This document shows positions 18,932-27,880 of a stretch of DNA of 40,955 bases, piece after piece. The translations under genes and the position numbers were made by a program. Within the stretch, counting starts at the first letter, position 1. Each line of letters begins with the position of its first letter. A model generated the notes under the pieces. It ran no database searches, had not been told where the DNA came from, and saw only the letters and a list, made by a program, of their open reading frames with translations. The stretch comes from Patescibacteria group bacterium (GTDB taxonomy: Bacteria > Patescibacteriota > Minisyncoccia > Phycocordibacterales > JBAYGS01): positions 1 through 40,955 of the forward strand of contig JBBTSQ010000018.1 of NCBI GenBank assembly GCA_038078755.1. The letters run 5' to 3'.

Positions 18932-19312
18932 TTATTTCTTTTCAGCCTTCTTACGACCAGTACCCATAGTCTTTCGAGTGTTGCCCCGAAGCGTTCGGGA
19001 ATTGGTCTTGGTGCGTTGACCACGAGACGGCAAACGCTTCATGTGTCGAACACCACGATACGCCTTAATATCTTTCAGGCGTTTGATGTTGCCAGCAACC
19101 TCTCGCTTTAGGTCACCTTCAACACTAATGGTTTCAACAATTTTTCGGATTTCGTTCTCTTCTTCCATAGAAAGCTCCTTGCCTTTTTTGCTATAGGAGA
19201 CCTTTGCCTTATCGAGAATATGCTGGGCACGAGCACGACCAATACCATAGAGGGTGGTCAGACCAATCTCGATTCGTTTTTCATCTGGGATAGTGATACC
19301 TAGGATACGCAT
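18932..19312 (-). CDS. rpsM: 30S ribosomal protein S13
   Basis: LYGIG, YRGVRH, RGQRTKTNSRT. Confidence 0.98.
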   Translation of the reverse strand: MRILGITIPDEKRIEIGLTTLYGIGRARAQHILDKAKVSYSKKGKELSMEEENEIRKIVETISVEGDLKREVAGNIKRLKDIKAYRGVRHMKRLPSRGQRTKTNSRTLRGNTRKTMGTGRKKAEKK

Positions 19313-19329
19313 GGATATATAAAATAAAT

Positions 19330-19446
19330 TTAACCTTGTCGCTGTTTATGGCGCGGATTGCCGTCACAAATAACGTAGATATAGCCCTTTCGACGGACTG
19401 TTTTACATTTCGGACAAATTTTCTTAACAGATGCTTTTACTTTCAT
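19330..19446 (-). CDS. rpmJ: 50S ribosomal protein L36 (Zn-binding form)
   Basis: Too short for ORF track; hand translation [38 protein letters not shown]. Confidence 0.97.
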   Translation of the reverse strand: MKVKASVKKICPKCKTVRRKGYIYVICDGNPRHKQRQG

Positions 19447-19541
19447 TGTGTGAGCAAAAAAAATTCTGTCCAGAGTGTACATCCAAACAGATGACCATAC
19501 TACACCAAAGCGGTTTTTTTGTCTACTGGTGGTGTGGGAAA

Positions 19542-19787
19542 CTATCCTCTTTGGACAATTCTTCCTTTGCCACCATACGGATCAATCTCTACTCGTACCG
19601 TGTCCCCGATCAATACGCGGATACGATTGAGCTTCATTTTTCCAGACAAATACGCAAGAGTATCCACCTCATCGCCTTCCAGCCGTACCCGAAAAAGCGT
19701 GTCAGGCAAGGCCTCGGTCACCACGCCTTTCCGTGATTCTTTCAGTTTATTATTTTGGTTACCAACCGGAGCTGTAGGAATATTCAT
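19542..19787 (-). CDS. infA: Translation initiation factor IF-1
   Basis: [32 protein letters not shown]; start uncertain (19787 or 19799). Confidence 0.96.
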   Translation of the reverse strand: MNIPTAPVGNQNNKLKESRKGVVTEALPDTLFRVRLEGDEVDTLAYLSGKMKLNRIRVLIGDTVRVEIDPYGGKGRIVQRG

Positions 19788-19920
19788 TGATACGGACAAT
19801 GATAGCAGAAAAGTAAGAAACTAACAACTCACACTGATGACTTACAATCAGAAAGATAAAAAAACTGACAACGTACAAATAACAACTTACAATAAGACAA
19901 GGGAAGAAAGATTTAGTTCC

Positions 19921-19959
19921 AACGGCTCACTCCGACGTAGCTCGTCGGAGTGAGCCGTT
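19921..19959. repeat. GGCTCAC/GTGAGCC hairpin family, copy 2
   Basis: aacggctcactccgacg-tagct-cgtcggagtgagccgtt (17-bp arms). Confidence 0.88.
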
Positions 19960-20020
19960 CACCATTTTTGCGTCAAAAGCGATTTAGAGATACGAACATA
20001 ATGCGATATTCTCATTTGTA

Positions 20021-20064
20021 GAGACAAATACTTCTATATTTAGAAGTATAGAAGTATTTGTCTC
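20021..20064. repeat. 18-bp perfect inverted repeat (ACTTCTATA..TAGAAGT family)
   Basis: gagacaaatacttctata-8nt-tatagaagtatttgtctc; core shared with 34261-34292. Confidence 0.85.
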
Positions 20065-20147
20065 ATTGAGATGAGATATTACTTGCTCTGTCTTTAGGGT
20101 TGTGGTAGATTGGATTTAGAAACGAACATTCAAAAGAAAGGTGAACT

Positions 20148-20633
20148 ATGACTCCGGCAGAAGCGCATATGGAGGGAATTCAACGCAAAACTGATGCCAT
20201 GTTGGCACAGATTCAGCAGATGACCAATCTGGTCGAAGGCACTCTGGAAGTGGCTCTCGATTACTCCACGGAATCGGAAATTTTCAGGGCGAAAATCAGG
20301 GATATTCGTTGGGGAAAAGGATTACCCATTTTCACGATTGAGAATCCAATTGAATGGGATCAAAAAATTGGGATATGGAAGCCCGCGCAATTGTCTCCCG
20401 AGGAGCTAGTCTCTCACACGGTAGTCGATATCTCCGATGGCCGTATGTGGATGGTCACTCCGTTTATCAACCACGAAGATAACGTCGTAGTCTTTTTGCT
20501 CTGTCATATGAGCTCACCTCGAGTACCTTCTCGCTTCCTGATTTCGCCAGCGGGTAGTCTCCCACGGAAAGAGCCCTGGTTTGGACGAACCGATAATCTG
20601 GACAAGGATAGTCCGGAATTGGTAGGTATTTAG
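20148..20633 (+). CDS. Hypothetical protein
   Basis: TTGCTC-17-TAGATT promoter (20083-20111), GAAAGG RBS, terminator at 20641-20678. Confidence 0.75.
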   Translation: MTPAEAHMEGIQRKTDAMLAQIQQMTNLVEGTLEVALDYSTESEIFRAKIRDIRWGKGLPIFTIENPIEWDQKIGIWKPAQLSPEELVSHTVVDISDGRMWMVTPFINHEDNVVVFLLCHMSSPRVPSRFLISPAGSLPRKEPWFGRTDNLDKDSPELVGI

Positions 20634-20745
20634 CTTTCGCAAAACCGCCCCGAGTGAGCTCGGCGCGGTTTTTTCTTTCCATTAATCTTCCCCCATCTTA
20701 CTTTCTTGCTTCTTGTCTATCTTGCTTCTGCTCTGCCTTACCCCT

Positions 20746-22041
20746 CTACTTCTCCGGCACCGTAATTACTACTTTTATTTTCTCTGGTTCTAAAGGAACC
20801 GTCTTTGCCCAAAATGGTCGGGGGATGGTCTCAATATGTTCAATGTGCGGATATTTTTTAAGTAACGATGGAAGAGTGCTCACTTCTATACCCGCAACAT
20901 CTCGTATAAATGAGGCATCGTCGAGACGGTAAACAATTCTCATCTGACCAGCAAGATGAAAAGTAATTTGCTTGTCGGTATCGAGACGCACTTTATTGCG
21001 ATCAAGGAAAAAATTGAGTTGCGACAAGTCGGGGCTATATACGGGTTCATCGCCGTACCCCCGGACTGATTGTTGTGCGATGGTAGTAGCTAATTGAGCG
21101 CCGTCAAATATGACCGCCGATAGTGTGGCGCGAACACCGAGTACTGCTTTGCCGTCAACCACCGAATCGGGCAACGTGGTGAATGTGACAAATTTTGCCT
21201 GATCATACAACACAAAGCCATCGGGCTTTTCTGCGGTGGCTTCGGCATCAATCTCTTTTGATAATTTTTCTTTCAGTTCAGCGATAGTCGTCTCTCGCAC
21301 CATTTGATCAACCCTTTTTACCGTCCCAACAAATCCTCCGGTAAACACCTCTTTTGATCGAGCGTAAAATGCGGTATATCGCGGGTCCCCCTTAAATCCG
21401 GGTATCGTGAAATCAGAAAGTGATATGTTGTATCTATCACCTGGTTGGTCAGCGTACACCACCGCTTCAACACTGCCCGGCACCAATTCCCCATTCACTT
21501 TTTTTGCGCCTGGTACAGTGATCGGATCTTTGATTCTAAATATCAATCCGTCTGGCGATTCAAACCGAGTGTTTTTGATTAGTCGCTGACCAGCGGTGCT
21601 ATATTTGTTGTAGATAATAATCTTTCCTGAAGCCACTCTCGAAACCGCTTCTTCTCCCGTAGCTTCAACTGAACGAGTCGCTTCACGGACGACCGTCATC
21701 ACGGTATAGACAAGGCTCACGGCAGGATCTTTGACCTCTCGATAGGCCATAATATCTTGATCAAACGAGACAGTCTCTACTTTTGGAGTGACTTCGAATG
21801 TGGTCGAGGCAAATACCGCCGAAAGAGCAGTGATTAATATCACGAGTGATACAAATGCGATCCCCCAGAGCACCGCTCGCGATGTTTCCTTGCCACCTGC
21901 CGAGGTACCAGACGCGCTTCCATTTCCTCGAGCTGATACATCGGATACACGCGGAGAAAATACTCGTCGCGAATTCGAGATCGGGATATTCCGAATACTT
22001 CTTTTTTCAGGAGGAGTGATGTCTTGAATTTGTTTAGCCAT
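20746..22041 (-). CDS. Membrane-anchored protein with baseplate J/gp47-like domain (CPR-typical)
   Basis: Single TM, then ASGKIIIYN..TRF...G.IF, VPGA...PGS.EA.VYA..PG..YNI, TGG..G pattern. Confidence 0.65.
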   Translation of the reverse strand: MAKQIQDITPPEKRSIRNIPISNSRRVFSPRVSDVSARGNGSASGTSAGGKETSRAVLWGIAFVSLVILITALSAVFASTTFEVTPKVETVSFDQDIMAYREVKDPAVSLVYTVMTVVREATRSVEATGEEAVSRVASGKIIIYNKYSTAGQRLIKNTRFESPDGLIFRIKDPITVPGAKKVNGELVPGSVEAVVYADQPGDRYNISLSDFTIPGFKGDPRYTAFYARSKEVFTGGFVGTVKRVDQMVRETTIAELKEKLSKEIDAEATAEKPDGFVLYDQAKFVTFTTLPDSVVDGKAVLGVRATLSAVIFDGAQLATTIAQQSVRGYGDEPVYSPDLSQLNFFLDRNKVRLDTDKQITFHLAGQMRIVYRLDDASFIRDVAGIEVSTLPSLLKKYPHIEHIETIPRPFWAKTVPLEPEKIKVVITVPEK

Positions 22042-22145
22042 AAATATATATAAAAACATTCCACCGGCACTCGACGCAGGACACTACATACCCGTCAGTA
22101 TATCACGAAACCATAGCCACCCTTAATGCCATATTCTGGGGAAAA

Positions 22146-23366
22146 CTACCGAGAGTTTCGTGATTGGTGCAGTTCTCGTATAAACAGTGTATTAATCGCC
22201 GAAAAAATATCAGACTCTGTTCCTGATGATGTGTGTACGTGTCTTGCGGTATCAGCGAGAGTCAGTGGGGTACATACCGGAGTCCAGTGAGTACCGGCGG
22301 CGGTCGACCGCATCGATGAGCAGTACAAAAGCAAAAGTGGCAGTATATCGGCATCGGCGGTAAGAAATACCTTTTCGGGCAATGTGGCAGTTTTTTCAAA
22401 CAGATCCAACGCCACCGAAAGATGCGCCAACCATTCTTCTTTTATTTCCGACAGAGCGTGTGCAACCCGAGTGTCGGTCGATGAGTCTCCGGTATGTGTG
22501 ACATGCAAGCGGATGTGTGAAAGCGCCACCGACTCTTCGACCGACATATCATTCGCCACCATTCGTACAAACGAGTGTTTACCGCACGGCACCGATACGC
22601 TATCGACTAATGCGCCCTGTTTGACTAAAAATAATTCAGACACTTCTGAACCGACATCTAGGAATAAAAAATTGTCCGCGTGAGGGAACAGTGCTCGTAC
22701 CGCGGTAAAAGCCGCCAACCCAAACGTATGAAAATGTATTGACGGAGGGTAGAGGACGCTTCGCACTGCAGTATCAATCAATTCGGCGATGCGTTCAGGC
22801 ATCAAGCTCACGTAGGAAGTTAGGCATAGTTCTTTAGCTCGTTTGCCGTAGGGTTGACTGGTCTCGTACCCATTGAGCAGAAGCCTCACCACGCTGTGCT
22901 CCACCGGACGCACCCCCTCTTGGAATTGACCTTCACGTGCGGGAAGCGAATCAATCAGTGCTTGCTGTTCTTCAAGAATGTATTTGTCCAAGACTTCGGG
23001 GGTAATCACTATCGGCAATTCTTTGGTGATCAATTTTGATGTGGTGTGTGAGATATACCACGGAGAGGCGAGTACAACGTGCACGGCATCAATAATCTGT
23101 CTTTTTGGTCGTACAAAGCGCGTGTGTTTTACTCCGTCTTTCATCACCGATTCGAGCAGTGTCCCCAATGCCCGAGTGAGCAATAGGGGTAGGCGCTTTG
23201 GATCAGTTTGTTTTTGAAAAGCGATATCGGTGCGGGTGGTATAGAGTATGCGTGGTTGTTTCTTTGGAGCAAAACAAACAAGCGCCGCACCCACACTACC
23301 ACTGCCGATATCAAGCAAAAGACTAACTTCTTGGTTACCGTGAGTAAAAAAAGAAAGAAAGGACAT
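22146..23366 (-). CDS. FtsA/PilM-like actin-fold protein
   Basis: LLLDIGSGSVG and FLFLDVGSEVSE phosphate loops, LNGYET; start at ATG 23366, 6 nt after TATACT. Confidence 0.7.
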   Translation of the reverse strand: MSFLSFFTHGNQEVSLLLDIGSGSVGAALVCFAPKKQPRILYTTRTDIAFQKQTDPKRLPLLLTRALGTLLESVMKDGVKHTRFVRPKRQIIDAVHVVLASPWYISHTTSKLITKELPIVITPEVLDKYILEEQQALIDSLPAREGQFQEGVRPVEHSVVRLLLNGYETSQPYGKRAKELCLTSYVSLMPERIAELIDTAVRSVLYPPSIHFHTFGLAAFTAVRALFPHADNFLFLDVGSEVSELFLVKQGALVDSVSVPCGKHSFVRMVANDMSVEESVALSHIRLHVTHTGDSSTDTRVAHALSEIKEEWLAHLSVALDLFEKTATLPEKVFLTADADILPLLLLYCSSMRSTAAGTHWTPVCTPLTLADTARHVHTSSGTESDIFSAINTLFIRELHQSRNSR

Positions 23367-23371
23367 GGGGA

Positions 23372-23420
23372 AAGTATAACGTATAATGTAAAAAGTATAA
23401 AGTATAAGGTATAAGGTATG
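23372..23420. repeat. Tandem heptamer array (AAGTATA-like)
   Basis: aagtata acgtata atgtaaa aagtata aagtata aggtata aggtatg. Confidence 0.9.
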
Positions 23421-23522
23421 AGAAAAGCCCAAAAATGTCTGACATTTTTGGGCTTTTCTCTAGAGTTGCTTTTTTTTAATATTAACGTTATCTTAATTAC
23501 GGAGCAAAAAGAAAGGACACGT

Positions 23523-23759
23523 ATGACTCGTCAAAAATTTAAAGAATGGGTCGATGAGACCCATGGCAAATCAGTTAGGCGCGCCTGCTTGAGGCAAATT
23601 GGTAATCAAAAAACCGTTACCTTTCTCAGGGCGCAAAAAATTCTCAATAACGTTCTCACTCGAAGACCTCCTTCTGAAATATCCCGAATTAAACCTTTTG
23701 GGCCCGGAGGAGGGATAATAGTGAAAATTACTGATGGCCCACGAAATCCACTCATTTGA
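23523..23759 (+). CDS. Small basic hypothetical protein
   Basis: TTGCTT-17-TATCTT promoter, GAAAGG RBS, terminator at 23770-23795. Confidence 0.65.
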   Translation: MTRQKFKEWVDETHGKSVRRACLRQIGNQKTVTFLRAQKILNNVLTRRPPSEISRIKPFGPGGGIIVKITDGPRNPLI

Positions 23760-23769
23760 ATACACCAAT

Positions 23770-23795
23770 CTCCCCGAAAGTCGGGGAGTTTTTTT
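23770..23795 (+). terminator. Intrinsic terminator
   Basis: ctccccga-aag-tcggggag followed by T7. Confidence 0.85.
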
Positions 23796-25632
23796 ACGCC
23801 AACACCGCTTTAATGCGTCGCACTCCCGCAGACACGGCTTCTTCTTTCGCGATTTTGAATTTCCAGTCACCGGCAGGTCCCGCGAGCTCCTTTGTGTTCT
23901 TGACATGTGGTCCTCCGCAAAATTCTTTCGAATACGCCGTCTGCACAGAATCGCCGATATAATAGACAGTCACCTTCTCGCCATACTTATCGCCGAAAAA
24001 GTGTAAGGCACCCACTTTTTCGGCTTCACTTTTGTCGAGCTCTACCACTTGCATTGGCAAGCCAGCAGAGATTTTCTCATTGACTATATTCTCAACCTTC
24101 TTTTTTTCCTCATCAGTCATTTTTGCAGTGTGAGCAAAATCGAAACGAAGACGCTCGGCAGTGATGTTGCTTCCCTTTTGCTGTACGTGTGTACCAAGCA
24201 CATCTCGAAGTGCCTGATGAAGCAAGTGCGTAGCAGTGTGATATTTCAGCGACATCTCATCGGTATCAGCCAAACCGCCTTTAAACTTTTTTTCCGCACC
24301 AGAGCGAGAACGCATCTGATGAGCTTCTATTCGATTCTGAAACTGATCTTTATCAACGGTCAGACCACGCGCACGTGCCTCTTCAACGATAAGTTCAAAG
24401 GGAAAACCGTAAGTTGTAAACAACTCAAATGCAATTGAGGGTGGAAGCTCTTTTTCCACTAAAGTCCCGTTCACATATGTTTGAGTATGCCAATTAAATT
24501 CTTTCAAACCCCGCTCAAGTGTCTTCCTGAATCGTTGTTCTTCGGTATCAATCTCTTTTTTAATAAATTCTACTTGTTCCAGTATATTTTTGTACACGGG
24601 GCCGAATTTTTCGATCACCGCTCCGGCTAGCCAAAAGAGTGAACCGTGTTTCATCCCAAGCACATCAGCAAAACGCACCGCGCGACGAAGAATACGCCGC
24701 AAAATGTACCCTTGGTCAGTATTTGAAGGCAACACGCCGTCCCCAATTAAAAACACGGCGGTACGAATATGGTCTGCAACAATCCGTTTTGCGCGAGTGT
24801 CTGCACTGGTTGAAAATTCATCAATCTTTCCCAAAATCGTATCAAACAAATCCGTATCAAACACACTGGTTGCTTTTTGAAGCACCATACACAATCGTTC
24901 AAGACCTGCACCTGTATCCACATTTTTCTGCGCGAGCTTACCAACAATCTTTCCCTCCTTCTTTTCAAATTCCATAAACACATCGTTCCAGATTTCCACC
25001 ACCTGCTGTGTTTCGTCGGCGTGGTTGTACTGCTCAATAGTCAAATCGCCGAGTCCCTTTTCAGTAACATCATAGAACATCTCCGAACATGGGCCAGTCG
25101 GGCCCGTCCAGGTATCTTTGCCATTCTTTACCGCCGGCCACCAGTTGGAATCTGCGCCTTTGAAATAGATACGATGTTCCGGCACGCCGACTTTTTTCCA
25201 CATCTGGAACGCTTCAGTATCTTTTGGAATACCGGCCTTTTCGTCTCCTTCAAACACTGTGACATAGAGTCGTGCAGGATCGAGTCCGAGTCCTTCGGTT
25301 TTACTGGTCAGAAATTCGTAGCTCCATTGTATCGCTTCCTCTTTAAAATATGATCCGAGTGACCAGTTGCCGAGCATTTCAAAAAAAGTGAGATGGGTGT
25401 TGTCGCCAACTTCGTCAATATCAATCGTGCGCACACATTTCTGCGAGTCTGCCAAACGATTGCCTGCAGGATGTTTGCCTCCCATCAAGTACGGTACCAA
25501 GGGTTGCATACCGGCAGTATTAAAAAGCACTGTGGGATCATTTTCAGGCACGAGCGAAGCCGAGGGAATGATGGCGTGTCCCCGCTTTTCAAAAAACTGC
25601 AAAAATCGTGAGCGAATTTCGTAAGATTGCAT
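23794..25632 (-). CDS. alaS: Alanine--tRNA ligase (short form without C-Ala domain)
   Basis: LFNTAGMQP, TFFEMLGNWS, DTGAGLER, editing motifs HTATH and CGGPH; ends just after GVRRI. Confidence 0.98.
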   Translation of the reverse strand: MQSYEIRSRFLQFFEKRGHAIIPSASLVPENDPTVLFNTAGMQPLVPYLMGGKHPAGNRLADSQKCVRTIDIDEVGDNTHLTFFEMLGNWSLGSYFKEEAIQWSYEFLTSKTEGLGLDPARLYVTVFEGDEKAGIPKDTEAFQMWKKVGVPEHRIYFKGADSNWWPAVKNGKDTWTGPTGPCSEMFYDVTEKGLGDLTIEQYNHADETQQVVEIWNDVFMEFEKKEGKIVGKLAQKNVDTGAGLERLCMVLQKATSVFDTDLFDTILGKIDEFSTSADTRAKRIVADHIRTAVFLIGDGVLPSNTDQGYILRRILRRAVRFADVLGMKHGSLFWLAGAVIEKFGPVYKNILEQVEFIKKEIDTEEQRFRKTLERGLKEFNWHTQTYVNGTLVEKELPPSIAFELFTTYGFPFELIVEEARARGLTVDKDQFQNRIEAHQMRSRSGAEKKFKGGLADTDEMSLKYHTATHLLHQALRDVLGTHVQQKGSNITAERLRFDFAHTAKMTDEEKKKVENIVNEKISAGLPMQVVELDKSEAEKVGALHFFGDKYGEKVTVYYIGDSVQTAYSKEFCGGPHVKNTKELAGPAGDWKFKIAKEEAVSAGVRRIKAVLA

Positions 25633-25742
25633 ATGAATCATTCCATCGTATCAAAAAAACAGAGAATTGAACAACCGACTTGCATTTATAACACCTACCC
25701 GTACTATGGTGTACAGATTTGCACCTTCACAGAAAGAACAGT

Positions 25743-26639
25743 ATGAAAACTGCACTACTTGACCAAAATGTCATCTTGCGGGGACGAGGCTTTTTCGGCA
25801 GATCCGGAACACTTCTGTTTTCGCCCAATCCCGATAGTCACGAGTGGACACTGTGTGTCACAGACGATGACCGCCGACCGATACGGCCGGCGATGGCAGG
25901 GACAGAGTCTCGGAGAATGGTACTGCGCGCGGAAGGTGTCGTGCTCAATGTCCCCGAACATATCCTCGCTGCTCGATTTGCAGGTATCATTGGTTTGTCG
26001 ATCGGTTCGGCCAAACCATGGCCTCCATACCACGGCAGGGCTCTTGAAGTCTTGTCAGCACTAAATCAGGCTCGAAAGATAAATCTCTTCAGCAATTTCC
26101 CAACATACACCGTATCAGAAGCCGTCTTTTTCGAATACGAAAAGCGGCGGCAGGGCAATCGAGCCTTCACCAGCATCGCTCCGGCACGACCGCTTCCGGA
26201 AAGCGCGACAGAAGGCAATCGAATGAAATACGATGAACGTCTGACTCTCAAAATCGTGTGTAATTATCCTGGTCTCGGTGAGTGGGAACGGATATACACC
26301 CTACCCGATGATGCCGTGCTTGCAAAAATCTGTTCAGCACATGCGCCGGGCTGGCCACCGTGGCTCTACTATCCATCAAAGATGTGTAGCTATGTTTTTT
26401 GGCCGCACCACCGACACATCACATGGATTCAGGAGCACAGTCTTCACGAAGCACGCGAGCTGTTTGCGCTCCATCGAGCACAAGACCTGCTTGGGGCGCT
26501 CGCGCTCCTCTGTCGAGACGGCACCTTTGCTGGCACCGTCTGCTCACACTACTCGGGACACAAGGCTGACGTGATCGCTGTGAAGCGTGCAGACAAGCAC
26601 TTGGTCCCACTGTCTCACATGCAACCCGCTCGAAGGTAA
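25743..26639 (+). CDS. Divergent LpxC-like (UDP-3-O-acyl-GlcNAc deacetylase fold) Zn deacetylase
   Basis: Motifs in LpxC order: GRGFFGR, VPEHILAA, PPYHGRA, ICSAHAPG, HRAQDLLG, SGH. Confidence 0.72.
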   Translation: MKTALLDQNVILRGRGFFGRSGTLLFSPNPDSHEWTLCVTDDDRRPIRPAMAGTESRRMVLRAEGVVLNVPEHILAARFAGIIGLSIGSAKPWPPYHGRALEVLSALNQARKINLFSNFPTYTVSEAVFFEYEKRRQGNRAFTSIAPARPLPESATEGNRMKYDERLTLKIVCNYPGLGEWERIYTLPDDAVLAKICSAHAPGWPPWLYYPSKMCSYVFWPHHRHITWIQEHSLHEARELFALHRAQDLLGALALLCRDGTFAGTVCSHYSGHKADVIAVKRADKHLVPLSHMQPARR

Positions 26640-26659
26640 CTTCGGGTGGTTTTTTGTTT
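26624..26659 (+). terminator. Intrinsic terminator
   Basis: ccgctcgaag-gtaa-cttcgggtgg followed by T run. Confidence 0.8.
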
Positions 26660-26699
26660 CTGGCTCACTGAAAAAATAAATACATCACCTGTGTCTACA

Positions 26700-26739
26700 C
26701 ATACATTGATTATACGCACGTGCGTATAATCAATGTATG
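26700..26739. repeat. 40-bp perfect palindrome
   Basis: catacattgattatacgcac|gtgcgtataatcaatgtatg. Confidence 0.95.
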
Positions 26740-26806
26740 CGCTCTAGAGAGTAGTATTTTGTTTTGTAAAGAAAAAACCGCCCGAAAAACGAGCGGCTCG
26801 CAAAAA

Positions 26807-27244
26807 TTATTCCTGTCCCACCAGCACATTCGCCAATTCCGCCGGAACATTCCGAAGCGGATGAATCGGCCAACAGCTCGAATCAAACTGATGGTAACAC
26901 ATCGGGCACACAGTATATTGGTAGTGCCTTTGATGATCTGAATGCCCAGATCGAGTACCGTCCATCGAAAAAATTTGATTGCATTTGGGGCAATTCGATA
27001 CCACCTTGCGCGCGGTGAATCCGAGCACCTCCTCAACCACCAGCGCCTCGTTGTAGAGTGCTGCACTGCGGATAATGAGATCAATCAATTTCGGATTGCT
27101 ATTGCGACTGTTTATTTTGAGCAACATGGTTTCCAACATCCGCAAAGAGGCCGGTGTTCCAAACGTCACCAAACCTTGAATCGACAGTTGCAAAAGCACG
27201 GCAAACGCAGAATGAGATAGTTTTTCATACGTAGACAGGGTCAA
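26807..27244 (-). CDS. Hypothetical protein with CPKC...CPMC zinc ribbon; 5' end uncertain, possibly pseudogenised
   Basis: Two CxxC pairs; terminator at 26772-26799; frame continues to ATGs at 27301/27310 across a TAG at 27269-27271. Confidence 0.55.
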   Translation of the reverse strand: MTLSTYEKLSHSAFAVLLQLSIQGLVTFGTPASLRMLETMLLKINSRNSNPKLIDLIIRSAALYNEALVVEEVLGFTARKVVSNCPKCNQIFSMDGTRSGHSDHQRHYQYTVCPMCYHQFDSSCWPIHPLRNVPAELANVLVGQE

Positions 27245-27318
27245 GGAACGGTATTCTCTAACATCATCCTACCTCCCAACTTCTTCAGACGCAACTACCA
27301 TCGAGGACATCCTGCCAA

Positions 27319-27361
27319 ATTACCTAGGCCAGACCTAGGACCTAGGTCTGGCCTAGGTAAT
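27319..27361. repeat. 21-bp-arm palindrome with four CCTAGG
   Basis: attacctaggccagacctagg-a-cctaggtctggcctaggtaat. Confidence 0.95.
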
Positions 27362-27436
27362 GAGCCTCCAGTAGTTAAAATGGCTCAATATATAGCTTTT
27401 TTCAGCTTTTCGCCGTAGCGTGGCTCTGTGTAGGCT

Positions 27437-27497
27437 TAAAAGTGCTGAACGGCTCACTATTTTTGAGTAAAAAGTAGTGAGCCGTTCAGCACTTTTA
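27437..27497. repeat. GGCTCAC/GTGAGCC hairpin family, copy 3
   Basis: taaaagtgctgaacggctcacta / tagtgagccgttcagcactttta (23-bp perfect arms). Confidence 0.92.
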
Positions 27498-27538
27498 TGG
27501 CTCTACAGAAAGCTCATTTGGGAAATTATTTTCAAAAA

Positions 27539-27880
27539 TTAGCGTATCGTATAAAACACCGAATGGCCGGTTTTTCCAATTTGTCGCAACTGCTTCTCAT
27601 CCTCAAGCGCCTGCAAATATCGCGTGGCGGTGGCATCTGACACAAGGCACAGGAGCTCGACGATGTTGTTGGTCACTATCCCGTCGTGCAAAAAAGCATA
27701 ATGCATAATCTCTTTCTTATGCTTGGCCATCGTGTGATCAAAAAACCAATGTTTCTTTCGATAAGCTCGATGGCGGTGGTCCAAGTGTCCGAGCAGTGTC
27801 ATCAAAACTGTCCCTGAAAATCCAGCGACAAATATCAAGATCCAAAATTCAAGTGGTAGATTTTCAAAAAGAGTGACCAT
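27539..27880 (-). CDS. Membrane-anchored winged-helix protein (DUF977/DeoR-type HTH)
   Basis: N-terminal TM; VTNNIVELLCLVSDATATRYLQALE...QIGKTG..VFY. Confidence 0.75.
   Translation of the reverse strand: MVTLFENLPLEFWILIFVAGFSGTVLMTLLGHLDHRHRAYRKKHWFFDHTMAKHKKEIMHYAFLHDGIVTNNIVELLCLVSDATATRYLQALEDEKQLRQIGKTGHSVFYTIR

Noticed and set aside
20746-22041. Prophage or contractile injection system suggested by the baseplate-J-like domain
   Set aside because: No other phage structural genes or integrase; the protein has a TM anchor and sits among core genes.
23367-23432. Hydrophobic N-terminal extensions in ORF-track calls (also 6006-6077, 34200-34241, 38503-38583)
   Set aside because: They are translations of heptamer repeat and promoter DNA; downstream ATGs next to -10 boxes are better starts.
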